A DNA stretch of 64,000 nt, taken from the NCBI GenBank assembly GCA_008369845.1, contig MRSU01000358.1:1-64000 (forward strand), written 5' to 3'. Below, one piece after another: positions 53,898 to 64,000 of the stretch. A program made the translations under genes and the position numbers. Each line of letters begins with the position of its first letter. Positions within the stretch are counted from its first letter, which is position 1. The stretch is from Trichomonas gallinae (Eukaryota). The notes under the pieces were generated by a model that was not told the origin of the DNA, did not search any database, and saw only the letters and a program-made list of their open reading frames with translations.

Positions 53898-54170
53898 TCA
53901 GGTCTTCAAATGATCTTTAAGATCAGGTTGTAGCAGAGGATCTTCTATATCTTCGGTATAGAATACAGGCGGTAAAAGATTTGCTCCCATAGATACTTCT
54001 CTTCTTTCAAATTCATCATCGAAGTTTTTAGGTCTGCATCTCTTTCCACAACAACAGCAGAAAATCATCAAGATCATCATTACACCGACGATTGCAATGG
54101 CTGTGTATAAGACTATTGACTCTGTTGCTATTGGTTTTGAAAGGTTTGTTGCCACTCCAATACTACTCAT
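53898..54170 (-). CDS. Small single-pass membrane protein with a juxtamembrane cysteine cluster
   Basis: 90 aa. TM segment IVLYTAIAIVGVMMILMIF followed by CCCCGKRC and an acidic tail. Confidence 0.75.
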   Translation of the reverse strand: MSSIGVATNLSKPIATESIVLYTAIAIVGVMMILMIFCCCCGKRCRPKNFDDEFERREVSMGANLLPPVFYTEDIEDPLLQPDLKDHLKT

Positions 54171-54795
54171 TCGTGTTGGAGTTTGACAAAATATTTTTTA
54201 CATGTCATAAATTTGTTTTACATGACAAAATATTTTAACCTGTCTCTCTTGAAAACCGAATAAATGGAGTCTGGTTATCATAACTGTAACTGCTGTGATG
54301 ATACGATGCAGAATCAAAACGATCATGGCCTATTATTCCTAAAATTTCATCAAATTTTATCTTCTTTCGAAAAATCTATGAATGTTATACTAATATTTCA
54401 CTCTAATCCATGAAATATAGTTTAAATAACAACAAGAAGACATTACATATCGATTAATTTTCCACACATTTTGCTAGTCAGTTTTTTTTTTCACCGAATG
54501 AGAAGGTTTCTGTTTAATTATACTATGAAATATATCCTTCAGATCCATCTTAAGCCATTTGTAACCCCAATTATGAAAAATTTTTCTTCGATCATTTGAT
54601 TTTAACTCTTAAATTTAAATTTCACTGAGAACTATCATGCATAAATAATATATCCAGCATTTATTTTTTCATCAAATTGACGAATTTTTTCTCCGATATA
54701 TCTATAAAATATACATTAGTTAGTGCCAAAAAACAAAAGATTTTTTTTAAAAAATTTTATTATTAAAAAATTTGACAACTTATTTTTCTTCTTTT

Positions 54796-57700
54796 ATGAC
54801 TGATATATCATTTACTTGGGATCCAGCAAAACAATTAAGTTTTACACAGCGACCAAATATTAATGGTTCACATTTTGAAATTGTGATGCAGTATTACAAT
54901 CAGAAAGAATACATTCCAAGAATTATTTTTAAATTGGTAAATTATAAGGAAGATATTAAACTGCAAGTTGATATATCAATTGATGACCAACTAAAAATTA
55001 AAGACCAGGCAATTGAATTCACTAAAGTTAAAATTCAAAATATTATATTTCTTACGCCACCAACGATGAATAAAGAAATAAAGCACACAATCGATATGCA
55101 CATCAAAAATAAGAATCAAAAACCAAAAGAACAAGAAACAGCACAACAATCATCTATTTCTTCAACAAAAACAACGTCAAATCCAGTACAATCCTCCAAT
55201 CATGCACCAATCAATTCAATAAACAATCAATCAATGTTCTCTCAACTTGCTACTTCAATTCATAAATTTACAGATACTCATCCAAAGACAAATGATGATC
55301 CAGTACATAAGAAAGAAGCGGCAGAACAAATATCAAGTCAAACTACTGAACCACAAAGTCATAGAGAAATGATTCATCCGAAAACTGATCAAGAATCACC
55401 AGGAGCTAATATGGAAATCAATACATCAAAGATTAATGAGAATCCACCAGAAAATCATCAAGATATCAACCTATCAAAGAATGATCAAAATACAACAAAG
55501 AACTACAATGATCAGAAAATTACTTTCCGTCCTAAACAAGCAAGGACAACAGATATAGAACCTGCCGAAAGTACACAATCATTGGACGTTTATTCAACAG
55601 CTACAGCTAACAAAGTCAATCTAACTGCGAAGAAGTCATGCGCAAGTTATGTAGGACTCCAAAATCAAGGTGCGACATGCTACATGAACAGTTTCATCCA
55701 GGTTCTTTTCCATCTTCCTTTCTTCAGAAAGCTTCTCTTCGAGCTTAACCCAGAAGATCCATCAATTGACGGACTCAAGCAATTATTCATCCAAATGCAG
55801 ACAGCAACAGATAAAGTTGACACATCTGATCTCATCAGAGCACTTGGATGGACCGAAGAAAACGCTTTGCAGCAGCAAGACGCGCAAGAATTTTTCATAT
55901 TAATTATCGATCGAGTCGAAAAGTGCATTAAAGACCAAAACAAGAAGCAGATGGTCAATTCCTGGTTCAATGGAAAGACATCTTCATCAATTGTTACGCT
56001 TAAAACTCAAAAAACTATTAATACACAGGATACATTCTCGACTTTAACTCTAGACGTGAAAAATTCATCGGATTTGAAATCCGCGTTAACCAAATTCCTG
56101 TCGGAAGAGACACTGACAGGTGATAACAGATACATGATCGACGGAAAACTCGAAGAAGTAAAAATCGGAACAAAATTCGTCGAATTGCCGCCGATTCTTC
56201 AGATCCAGCTCTTGAGGTACAACATCAACAAGTTCTCTAACATGGAGTACAAGATAGATACTCCATTCGGATTCACGCAGTCCATAACTATACCACTGGC
56301 AAGCGGCGAAAAAGTTGATTACGTTTTATATGGCGTGATTGTTCATTTCGGCACGATTTTAGGCGGCCACTTTTTCTCGTACTTGAAGCCTGACAACAAC
56401 GATGACTGGTATGAGTTTAATGACTCATCAGTCAGAAAAGTTGAAGATTTGGATGAAATCTTTGGAGATGCAGAACATGGACCACGCAGGAATACATACA
56501 TACTTATGTATGTTAGGAAAGACAAATTACAGGACATTTTCTGTCCAATTGATAATGTTCCAACGCCTCAGAGAGTTAATACACCAACGAGTTCTCAAGT
56601 TTTCGATATTACGCCAGTTAATCGTAATGATTCTTCACCACTAGCAAACAAAGCAACAACAAATGCAAAATCCACTCCAAAAAGTGTTAAAAGTGAAACG
56701 ATTCCACAACGAAAACCAATTATTGATCCTAATGAAAAAATGATGCATTTAACGATAGTAACAGAAGATGCTCTCAAGGTTAACAGCTATAGGGGTGTTC
56801 TTGCTTTCGAATGTCCGGATTATATCAAAGTCAACAAATTAATTAAAGTTCCTGAGACTTATCGTGGAGATGATCTCATTGAATATATTGCTGATCAACT
56901 TAATATGGATAAAGATGAAATTAGATTGTTCAAGATTGAAAATCAAAAATTAACTGGAGTTCTCGGCAAAAATATACAAGCAAAGGACATTAAAGGAAGC
57001 AAAGTCTTCCTTCAAAAGAAAGCGAGGCCTGAAGAATACGAATTGGATTCGAAACAAATTACGAATTGTTTCACCTTTATTTATTGTCCAAAAACATTAC
57101 CATTTATGCTCTACTACAGACTTATTCCATTTCCATACACAGAGGAAAAGATAATCTATAATTCATTAGCATTTGAATTGAATTGTAGTTTTAAACCTTA
57201 TCCATATAACGGTTCAACTCGCAGCAGCCACATGAGCAACTTGCAATTTATTGTTTTAGAAATAACAGAAGGCATTCCAGATGTTAAGAAATTTTTCGAT
57301 GAACAACTGTTTAAGCAATTTAGTGTCTTCAAGTCTTATATTTACATGATGAACAACAAGTTTAATTCACTTACTAGTTTTATTCAAACAGCCAATGATA
57401 CAAAAGAATATTTGGTCAAAGATTTGGCAGATGATTCTGATTTCATTCATGTTGAAGTTCCAAAGAGTGTTTCGTTTTCAGATTTCACGAAATACTTCCG
57501 CCTCTTAACTGGCCGAGTTGATGGAGATTTATCATTTTATCAGAAGGCGGCAAATTGTGAAGCAATTGAAAAATCACCGATGAGTTATATACCTAATTCC
57601 ATTTCATCATTTTATTGTTATCCTGCAAAAGGCGAGTTAATCGAAATTAAGATTTACGATGGATTTGATTACACTAAATCTGCATACGTTGACAAGAGTA

Positions 57701-58032
57701 AATTCAAGGATACAGATTATAGTTCCAAATTTAATGATTTTAGATATGTATACAAAAATCATTTTTTAAATGATAAGAAAGTTTTTGATTATATCAGAGC
57801 AGATAAACACGAATACAAAATCGCGATATATGTTTACACCACTGTGAATTATGCTTCTTCAGAGCCATTTATCATTGAAGGGAAAAACAAAACTTATGAT
57901 GATATAATGAGAATTATAATGGAGAGAGTACCATATGGAACACCAACAGTTAAATGCGGCTATAGTGAATTTAAACCAGAGACTAAGATCGAAGATAAGA
58001 TGATTTTAAGTGTTGAATTCAGAATTAACTAA
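54796..58032 (+). CDS. Ubiquitin-specific protease (C19, USP7-like)
   Basis: Cys box GLQNQGATCYMNS, QQDAQEF and His box HFGTILGGHFFSY...WYEFNDS. First ATG at 54796. Confidence 0.93.
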   Translation: MTDISFTWDPAKQLSFTQRPNINGSHFEIVMQYYNQKEYIPRIIFKLVNYKEDIKLQVDISIDDQLKIKDQAIEFTKVKIQNIIFLTPPTMNKEIKHTIDMHIKNKNQKPKEQETAQQSSISSTKTTSNPVQSSNHAPINSINNQSMFSQLATSIHKFTDTHPKTNDDPVHKKEAAEQISSQTTEPQSHREMIHPKTDQESPGANMEINTSKINENPPENHQDINLSKNDQNTTKNYNDQKITFRPKQARTTDIEPAESTQSLDVYSTATANKVNLTAKKSCASYVGLQNQGATCYMNSFIQVLFHLPFFRKLLFELNPEDPSIDGLKQLFIQMQTATDKVDTSDLIRALGWTEENALQQQDAQEFFILIIDRVEKCIKDQNKKQMVNSWFNGKTSSSIVTLKTQKTINTQDTFSTLTLDVKNSSDLKSALTKFLSEETLTGDNRYMIDGKLEEVKIGTKFVELPPILQIQLLRYNINKFSNMEYKIDTPFGFTQSITIPLASGEKVDYVLYGVIVHFGTILGGHFFSYLKPDNNDDWYEFNDSSVRKVEDLDEIFGDAEHGPRRNTYILMYVRKDKLQDIFCPIDNVPTPQRVNTPTSSQVFDITPVNRNDSSPLANKATTNAKSTPKSVKSETIPQRKPIIDPNEKMMHLTIVTEDALKVNSYRGVLAFECPDYIKVNKLIKVPETYRGDDLIEYIADQLNMDKDEIRLFKIENQKLTGVLGKNIQAKDIKGSKVFLQKKARPEEYELDSKQITNCFTFIYCPKTLPFMLYYRLIPFPYTEEKIIYNSLAFELNCSFKPYPYNGSTRSSHMSNLQFIVLEITEGIPDVKKFFDEQLFKQFSVFKSYIYMMNNKFNSLTSFIQTANDTKEYLVKDLADDSDFIHVEVPKSVSFSDFTKYFRLLTGRVDGDLSFYQKAANCEAIEKSPMSYIPNSISSFYCYPAKGELIEIKIYDGFDYTKSAYVDKSKFKDTDYSSKFNDFRYVYKNHFLNDKKVFDYIRADKHEYKIAIYVYTTVNYASSEPFIIEGKNKTYDDIMRIIMERVPYGTPTVKCGYSEFKPETKIEDKMILSVEFRIN

Positions 58033-58304
58033 CGAATATATGCATGCATTATGTTATTTTATCAATATATAATAAACTTTAAACATTATTTTTAATTTGA
58101 TTTTTTGATTTTCTAAATTTGAACATGTTATGATTCGCATGACATTTGACTACGCAAAACATCCTAAAATATTCATCAAAATTCAATGATTTTTGCAAAT
58201 AAAAATTCAATAATTTTCTTTTTTTGATAAATAGTCATGAAATTAAGTTCTAAATTTACCTTTATTGATAGTGCGATAGATAGTATGTGCTAATTAAAAT
58301 ACAT

Positions 58305-59765
58305 TTAAGAATACTGTCCCAAATAGTATTCTATCTGCTCCTTACGAAGGATACGGATGTAGTTTGTGCCACCTGGAACACCAGCTGGGTATCCGGCAGT
58401 CATAACGTATGTCTTTTCGTCGTTGATATATCCTTCCTTGACTAATCCTTGAATTGTCGAAGCGAGCATGATGTTAAGCCTGTTTGGAGAGATGCAGAGA
58501 ACAGCATTGACACCCCAGACGATTGTGAGCATTCTAGCGACTCTTTCGTTGAAAACAACGGCTAAAATGTCCATTTGTGGTCTATTTCTGGCCATCTTCA
58601 TTGCTGAGATGCCTGAGTTTGTCAGTGTGATGATGGCTTCAGCGCCGAGTCTCTGCGCGAAGTGGGCTGTTGAAGATGCAACCATAGATGTCTCATCAGC
58701 GAAATCGAAGACATCCCACTTACCGTATGGGTAAATGCTCTCTGTTTCTCTGATTGTCTGGCTCATGGCTCTAACGACAGAGATTGGGTGGAGGCCGACG
58801 GCTGATTCTTCACTGAGCATAACAGCATCTGTGCCATCGAGAACTGCGTTAGCGACATCAGAGATTTCTGCACGTGTAGCTGACTCGTTCTTGGCCATTG
58901 AAAGCATCATCTGTGTAGCAGTGATGACTGGCTTGCTGACAGCGTTGGCTTTCTTGATAATCTTCTTCTGAGCGAGAGGAACCTCGTAGAATGGGATTTC
59001 AATACCAAGATCACCTCTTGCAACCATGATACCGTCACTAACAGCGATAATTTCATCGATATTTTCAATAGCATCGAATTTTTCGATCTTGGAGAAAACT
59101 TTTGCGAAACCACCGTACTGCTTGATGAGAGCCTTCGCATTCTCGACATCTGCAGCGGTTTGAACGAAGGAGACAGCGACGAAGTCGACATCGTTCTTTG
59201 CGCCCCATTCAAGATCCTTCTTGTCCTTTGGTGTGATGACATCGACGTTGAGCCTTGTGTTGGGGAAGTTGACGCCCTTGTTTGAGCTCAATGTGCCGTC
59301 GTTTTCGATAACAGTTTCGATTCTTTCGTTGGCGATGTTAACGACTTTAGCCCTGATGAGGCCATCGTATAAGTAAATGTATTCGCCGACTTTCATCAAG
59401 TTTGCGATTTGCGGATGGTTGATTGTTAATTCGTACTCGTGGTCAGCAACCTTTCTGCCGACGATGTCCTCTTTGACGACAGTAACCTTATCACCGGCCT
59501 TGAGCTCGAACGGCTGTTCTAACTTTCCAACTCTGATCTTTGGGCCGCAGATGTCCTGAAGGACGCCAATCTTCCAGCCAACCTTCTTTTCGACCTCTCT
59601 GATCTTGTCGAGAGTTTCTTTGTGGTATTCGTGTGTGCCGTGGGAGAAATTAAGCCTGAAGACGTTAACGCCTGCTCTAGCAAGTCCTTCAAGTGTCTCG
59701 ATGTTGTCACTGGCAGGACCGACAGTCGCAACGATCTTAGTCCTCTTTGGTGTCTCTTGATGCAT
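58305..59765 (-). CDS. pyk: Pyruvate kinase, bacterial (Campylobacterales-like) type
   Basis: TKIVATVGP, FRLNFSHG, KIEK, MVARGDLG, ITATQM and DGTDAVMLSEESA motifs. Confidence 0.97.
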   Translation of the reverse strand: MHQETPKRTKIVATVGPASDNIETLEGLARAGVNVFRLNFSHGTHEYHKETLDKIREVEKKVGWKIGVLQDICGPKIRVGKLEQPFELKAGDKVTVVKEDIVGRKVADHEYELTINHPQIANLMKVGEYIYLYDGLIRAKVVNIANERIETVIENDGTLSSNKGVNFPNTRLNVDVITPKDKKDLEWGAKNDVDFVAVSFVQTAADVENAKALIKQYGGFAKVFSKIEKFDAIENIDEIIAVSDGIMVARGDLGIEIPFYEVPLAQKKIIKKANAVSKPVITATQMMLSMAKNESATRAEISDVANAVLDGTDAVMLSEESAVGLHPISVVRAMSQTIRETESIYPYGKWDVFDFADETSMVASSTAHFAQRLGAEAIITLTNSGISAMKMARNRPQMDILAVVFNERVARMLTIVWGVNAVLCISPNRLNIMLASTIQGLVKEGYINDEKTYVMTAGYPAGVPGGTNYIRILRKEQIEYYLGQYS

Positions 59766-59822
59766 TATTCAAAAATAAAAATTTATTCGTTCTCAAATTA
59801 TTTATCCTTCTCAATTTTTCTT

Positions 59823-60117
59823 AACGAATCAGACCCTCAACATGACAAATCATGTTGATTCATATCCATTTAATGTATAAATTTTATATAACGAAACATC
59901 AAAAAGTTATAATTAGTTGAGGGATTTGTTAAGTGCAAACAAACTTATTCAATTTATTTGAGAGTTTTGTAAACGAATCAGACCCCAAATAAGACAAATC
60001 AAGCTAAATTAACTCTATTTTATATAAAAAATCTATTTAATGAGACATCAAAAAAATTATTTGTTGAGGGATTTGTAAAGTTTAAACAGAGTCATTCAAT
60101 TTATTTGAGAGTTTTGT
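59823..60117. repeat. Diverged ~148-bp tandem duplication upstream of pyruvate kinase
   Basis: AACGAATCAGACCC...GACAAATC...ACATCAAAAA...GTTGAGGGATTTGT...ATTCAATTTATTTGAGAGTTTTGT occurs twice, at ~59823 and ~59972. Confidence 0.85.
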
Positions 60118-61781
60118 TGAATTTTTTTGAGGAATCCAATAGAATATTTTGTTAACAATTAACAAATATATTTGAAAGAATGAGTGGTCATAAATTAAAG
60201 CAAAAAATAACAATAGCTACGACCAAATTTATTTGAGCGGTTATCATATCCAACACTTTCTGCAAGGGATTCTGCGTTTATACAGCATTTATCCGCATTT
60301 TTGGAACAATTTTTTCCTTGGCTGTACGAACATCCATAAAAATTACCATGCATGCAGTATTGTTGACATTATTATGACCTTCTTAAGTGATTTTTGCAAG
60401 GAATTAAAGGATTATGATTTAAATTTTCCAAGACATTTCTGATTTATGCCATTAAACATGTATTACTCTCTGCCTGCTGGTTTCTATAATCTTGTCATTG
60501 AGCGTTGTTGTTAACTGATTCATTCATTTCTCTTCATGTCTATTGAAGCTTACTTTCCTTTGTTTCAGTGATTCTCCAGGTTTTTCCATTGTGTGAGCAT
60601 CCGCGTGCTGATGCTGAGAGTAGTTAAAAAGACATGACCAACATCGGCATAATTAATAAACTGTTTATTAGAAGTCGTAAACACCAGCAGGAATTAATCT
60701 ATTACAAACATTGACATTTACGATACTGCAATAACATGATTTACCCGTGGATATTTGATATATCAAAAATCTTTGATTTCAATGATGGGAATCAAAATAT
60801 ACCCATGTTTTGAACCATATAATCAATATTTTTCGTGCCGATGCTTAATTGCAAATAAAAAATTGAAATAAAAATTTTATTTTGAATTCTTCTTTGTTTC
60901 ACTATATCAATCACATTACATTTCGATATCACACATAACTCCAAGATTTATCCTTGATAACGCGAAAATTACTGTTTATTGCCAGTTGGTATAGATAATT
61001 CTTAAAGATAATAGATGATATATACTATGTACTGACATACAAAGCTATTGGATTTGGTTTCATCTACAAAAATAGGGAGAATAGCAATTTATACATTTTC
61101 ATAGTCGATTTTAAACTATTTCGCATGTAATCAGATTGTATGATGGATGAAATATCGAATTACAAAATTACAAAGCTAACTGTAATCTAGATAATTATCC
61201 GCAATTTACAGGTTTTAAATTTGATCGAAATATACATCACCACCTTCACATACCACAGAATATAAAAGCAAACAGACAAAGAAGCTGTTTGATGATCGAT
61301 TTTGTGAATCGTTTAATGACGAATGAAGTAAAAATGGAGAAATTTTTGTCAAAAGGTGTTTTAACCTTATTTTAATTCTATTCGTTCTACCTTTTTGCTT
61401 ATTGGCAATCAACTATATTCATTATACAGAGTCAATATATCAGCATATTTTGTTTGTGGTTATTTGTTCCTTATTTTTAATATTTTATTGGTGATCGTTG
61501 GCTGACAATAAGTTAAATCGATAGAGATCATTGCATATAGTTTATTGTTCAAACATCTTTGAGAATATTCAACTAAACATAAAAATGCAAAATTTGAAGT
61601 TGCTGATCGTGGACTGGGAATGAATTAAATAGATAGATCTCAGAATAGATAGTATATAGTTTCAATATCTTTGGAATTTGCTATAAAATTTATCAATTTT
61701 TTACTCGAAGTTCGAAATTTCGGATTAGATAATGATTATTAAAGTTATAAAGATTGCCAAGAAATAAAATTTTTATTTTAG

Positions 61782-63506
61782 ATGAAAGTTTTTACGAATC
61801 TACGTCTTTTCGATCCTTATACAGATATGATACACGAAAATGTCTCATTTTCAGTCTCTGTCGACTCAAACACGGTCGACAATGGCCGAATTGTTGATAT
61901 ATTCTACGAAGAAGATCAAATCGAGTTTAATGAACCGTACGAAACAATCGATTTGCACGGAAATATTGTTATTCCAGGATTTATCGATGCACACATGCAT
62001 TGCGAATCCATTTTTCTCGTTCCTTCACACACAACATTTCTCGCAAAACGTGGAACTGTTGTTTGCATCGCAGATCCACACGAAATCACAAATGTTTTAG
62101 GCAAAGAAGGCTTCGAATTCTTTGCTGAAGACGCAGAAAAAGCAGTTATTGATTTCCGATTTACAATTCCTTCATGTGTTCCTTCAACGGACTTCGAAAC
62201 AGCTGGAGCAAACGTAACAGCTGAGATTGTCGACGAAATCATCAAACAAGATCAAGAAAAAGCAGAAAAATTACAGAAATATTCGAAATACGCTACGAAC
62301 TGTCATAGAATTGCCGGTCTAGGCGAAGTTATGAATGTTCCCGGTATTCTCGATGAAAAATGTGACAACATGCAAGAAATTTTATCTGTTTGCCGCTCAA
62401 AATCAACGCATATGGACGGACACTCACCGGGAGTCACAGGAACCGCACTTAACAGATACATTTCCGCCGGAATTTCGACGGATCACGAATGTACAACAGC
62501 AGAAGATTTGAATTCAAGGTTAAAGCGCGGAATGCACGTTTTAATTCGCGAAGGAACAGCTTTTGCATCGAATGCAGAGGAACTTTGCACAGCACTAAAC
62601 AGTCTTCCTCGTGCAGCAACTCATAGATGTGCATTTTGCACAGACGACCGTCGCATGGACGACATTCTGGAATACGGACACATAGACAACGCCATCAGAA
62701 TCGGCATAAAATGCGGTCTTAATCCATATGACTGCGTCAGAATGGCAACATTAAATCCCGCAATCATGTTCAATTTAGTTGATTATGGAGCAATAGCACC
62801 AGGAAAAATTGCTAGTTTTTCTGTTTTGAATGGAGACATAAAAGAATGCAACATTGGCAGAGTTTTCATCCGCGGCAACGAATTAATCACAGAAAACGAG
62901 AAACCATTAATATATGACAAGTCTAAGATCTCCATCATGCGTGTGGACATCAATACTATAGCAGAGAAGCTCGAAAAGGCCGAATTCAAGGGCCCAGCTA
63001 TCGGAATAATTCCAAACAAAATTTTAACAACACAAGAAGAGAAAAACGAGTCGTCTAACATGATAGTGTGCGTTGAGCGCTATTCTGGCAACTGCAACAT
63101 GGGGCACGCGTGGATCAACGGCGCTCAGCTAAACAAAGACTGCGCAGTAGCATCTACAGTTGCCCACGATTCGCATAATATTGTCTGCATCGGTTCTTCA
63201 AAGAGTGCCATCGTTAAAGCCATAGATGCATTAATAAAGGTTGGTGGCGGCTATTCTGTATCTAATAACGACGAAATAACTGTGCTTCCACTGCCTATAG
63301 CTGGTTTGATGACTGATGCCACTAAGCCTGAGTTATTAACTGGATTGAGGGAATTCAGGGCAGCTTTGTTGAAGGCTGGTGCAAGTGATAAATATGACCT
63401 TATGATGACGTTATCGTTTATGTGTCTTCCAGTCATACCAAAGCTTAAGTTGACTGACAAAGGATTATTTGATGCGGAAACTTTGCAATTTGTCAAATAC
63501 GAATAA
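61782..63506 (+). CDS. ade: Adenine deaminase (bacterial AdeC/Ade type amidohydrolase)
   Basis: PGFIDAHMHCES, DPHEITNV, GLGEVMN, DGHSP, TDHEC, IREGT, CTDD, STVAHDSHN and LPVIPKLKLTDKGLFD motifs. Confidence 0.95.
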   Translation: MKVFTNLRLFDPYTDMIHENVSFSVSVDSNTVDNGRIVDIFYEEDQIEFNEPYETIDLHGNIVIPGFIDAHMHCESIFLVPSHTTFLAKRGTVVCIADPHEITNVLGKEGFEFFAEDAEKAVIDFRFTIPSCVPSTDFETAGANVTAEIVDEIIKQDQEKAEKLQKYSKYATNCHRIAGLGEVMNVPGILDEKCDNMQEILSVCRSKSTHMDGHSPGVTGTALNRYISAGISTDHECTTAEDLNSRLKRGMHVLIREGTAFASNAEELCTALNSLPRAATHRCAFCTDDRRMDDILEYGHIDNAIRIGIKCGLNPYDCVRMATLNPAIMFNLVDYGAIAPGKIASFSVLNGDIKECNIGRVFIRGNELITENEKPLIYDKSKISIMRVDINTIAEKLEKAEFKGPAIGIIPNKILTTQEEKNESSNMIVCVERYSGNCNMGHAWINGAQLNKDCAVASTVAHDSHNIVCIGSSKSAIVKAIDALIKVGGGYSVSNNDEITVLPLPIAGLMTDATKPELLTGLREFRAALLKAGASDKYDLMMTLSFMCLPVIPKLKLTDKGLFDAETLQFVKYE

Positions 63507-64000
63507 CTTTAAATTTCTATTTCTATCATAATTAGTTAGATTTGTACATAAGAATAAGGCTAACGTATAATTTTTTTCTCTTCGATTTTGATATTTTTCT
63601 AGCAATGAATTTTGAGCTTATTTTTGAGCATATTTTGGCATAAATAGTTTAATTAAAGAATTTATCGAAGAGAAATGTTGTTGTTTTTGATTTCATCTGA
63701 AATGATTTCGAATTTATTCGAGTATTCATCTGAACTAGGTGTTTTTTTGGTCAGTGTTAGTGTTCCTGAATATAAAAATTTCATAATTATTCTGCTTTTT
63801 TTCTCAATTTGGCAGTAGAATTTAACAAGTCAATAAATGATGTAAATTTAGTATCTATTCATATAATAAATAAGGAAAAACCAATAATTAATGATTTCTG
63901 TTTTTTTTGATACTAAATCATAACTAGTTAACAAGTATGTAATTGACCAAGTATTAAAACAAATAATCATATTCAAAATTTTGTTTAGATTCAAAAAGAA

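Noticed and set aside
58305..63506. Bacterial contamination as the source of pyk and ade
   Set aside because: The genes are embedded among eukaryotic genes with AT-rich spacers and host-like codon usage, and there is no operon structure. Read-level confirmation is still needed.
1..64000. rRNA, tRNA, snRNA genes, spliceosomal introns and intact transposase/Maverick genes
   Set aside because: None were recognised by eye. Covariance-model searches would be needed to exclude small RNAs.

Overview
AT-rich eukaryotic DNA with short intergenic regions and no introns I could find, almost certainly from a trichomonad (Parabasalia, Trichomonas-like). Evidence for the taxon: an Initiator-binding-domain (IBP39-family) gene, R2R3-Myb, ankyrin, CAMK and BEACH family members, Inr-like TCAY elements and AAAGTGAC motifs near start codons, and TAAA overlapping stop codons. 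About 22 protein genes are present, including DNA polymerase epsilon head-to-head with Cdc14, a USP deubiquitinase and two type I surface proteins. Four look bacterial in origin: a Campylobacter-like pyruvate kinase, adenine deaminase, an SSAT-like GNAT and a membrane-anchored protein with two tandem CBM32-GH36 modules. There is also a Cys-type glutathione peroxidase and several decaying pseudogenes. The most unusual non-coding signal is an 11-bp motif, TG(T/A)CATGTAAA, repeated at about 20-bp spacing upstream of several genes. It is densest as a 7-copy array next to a perfect 25-bp-arm hairpin with a GCGAAGC apex between Pol epsilon and Cdc14. All homology calls come from recalled family motifs; no database search was run.
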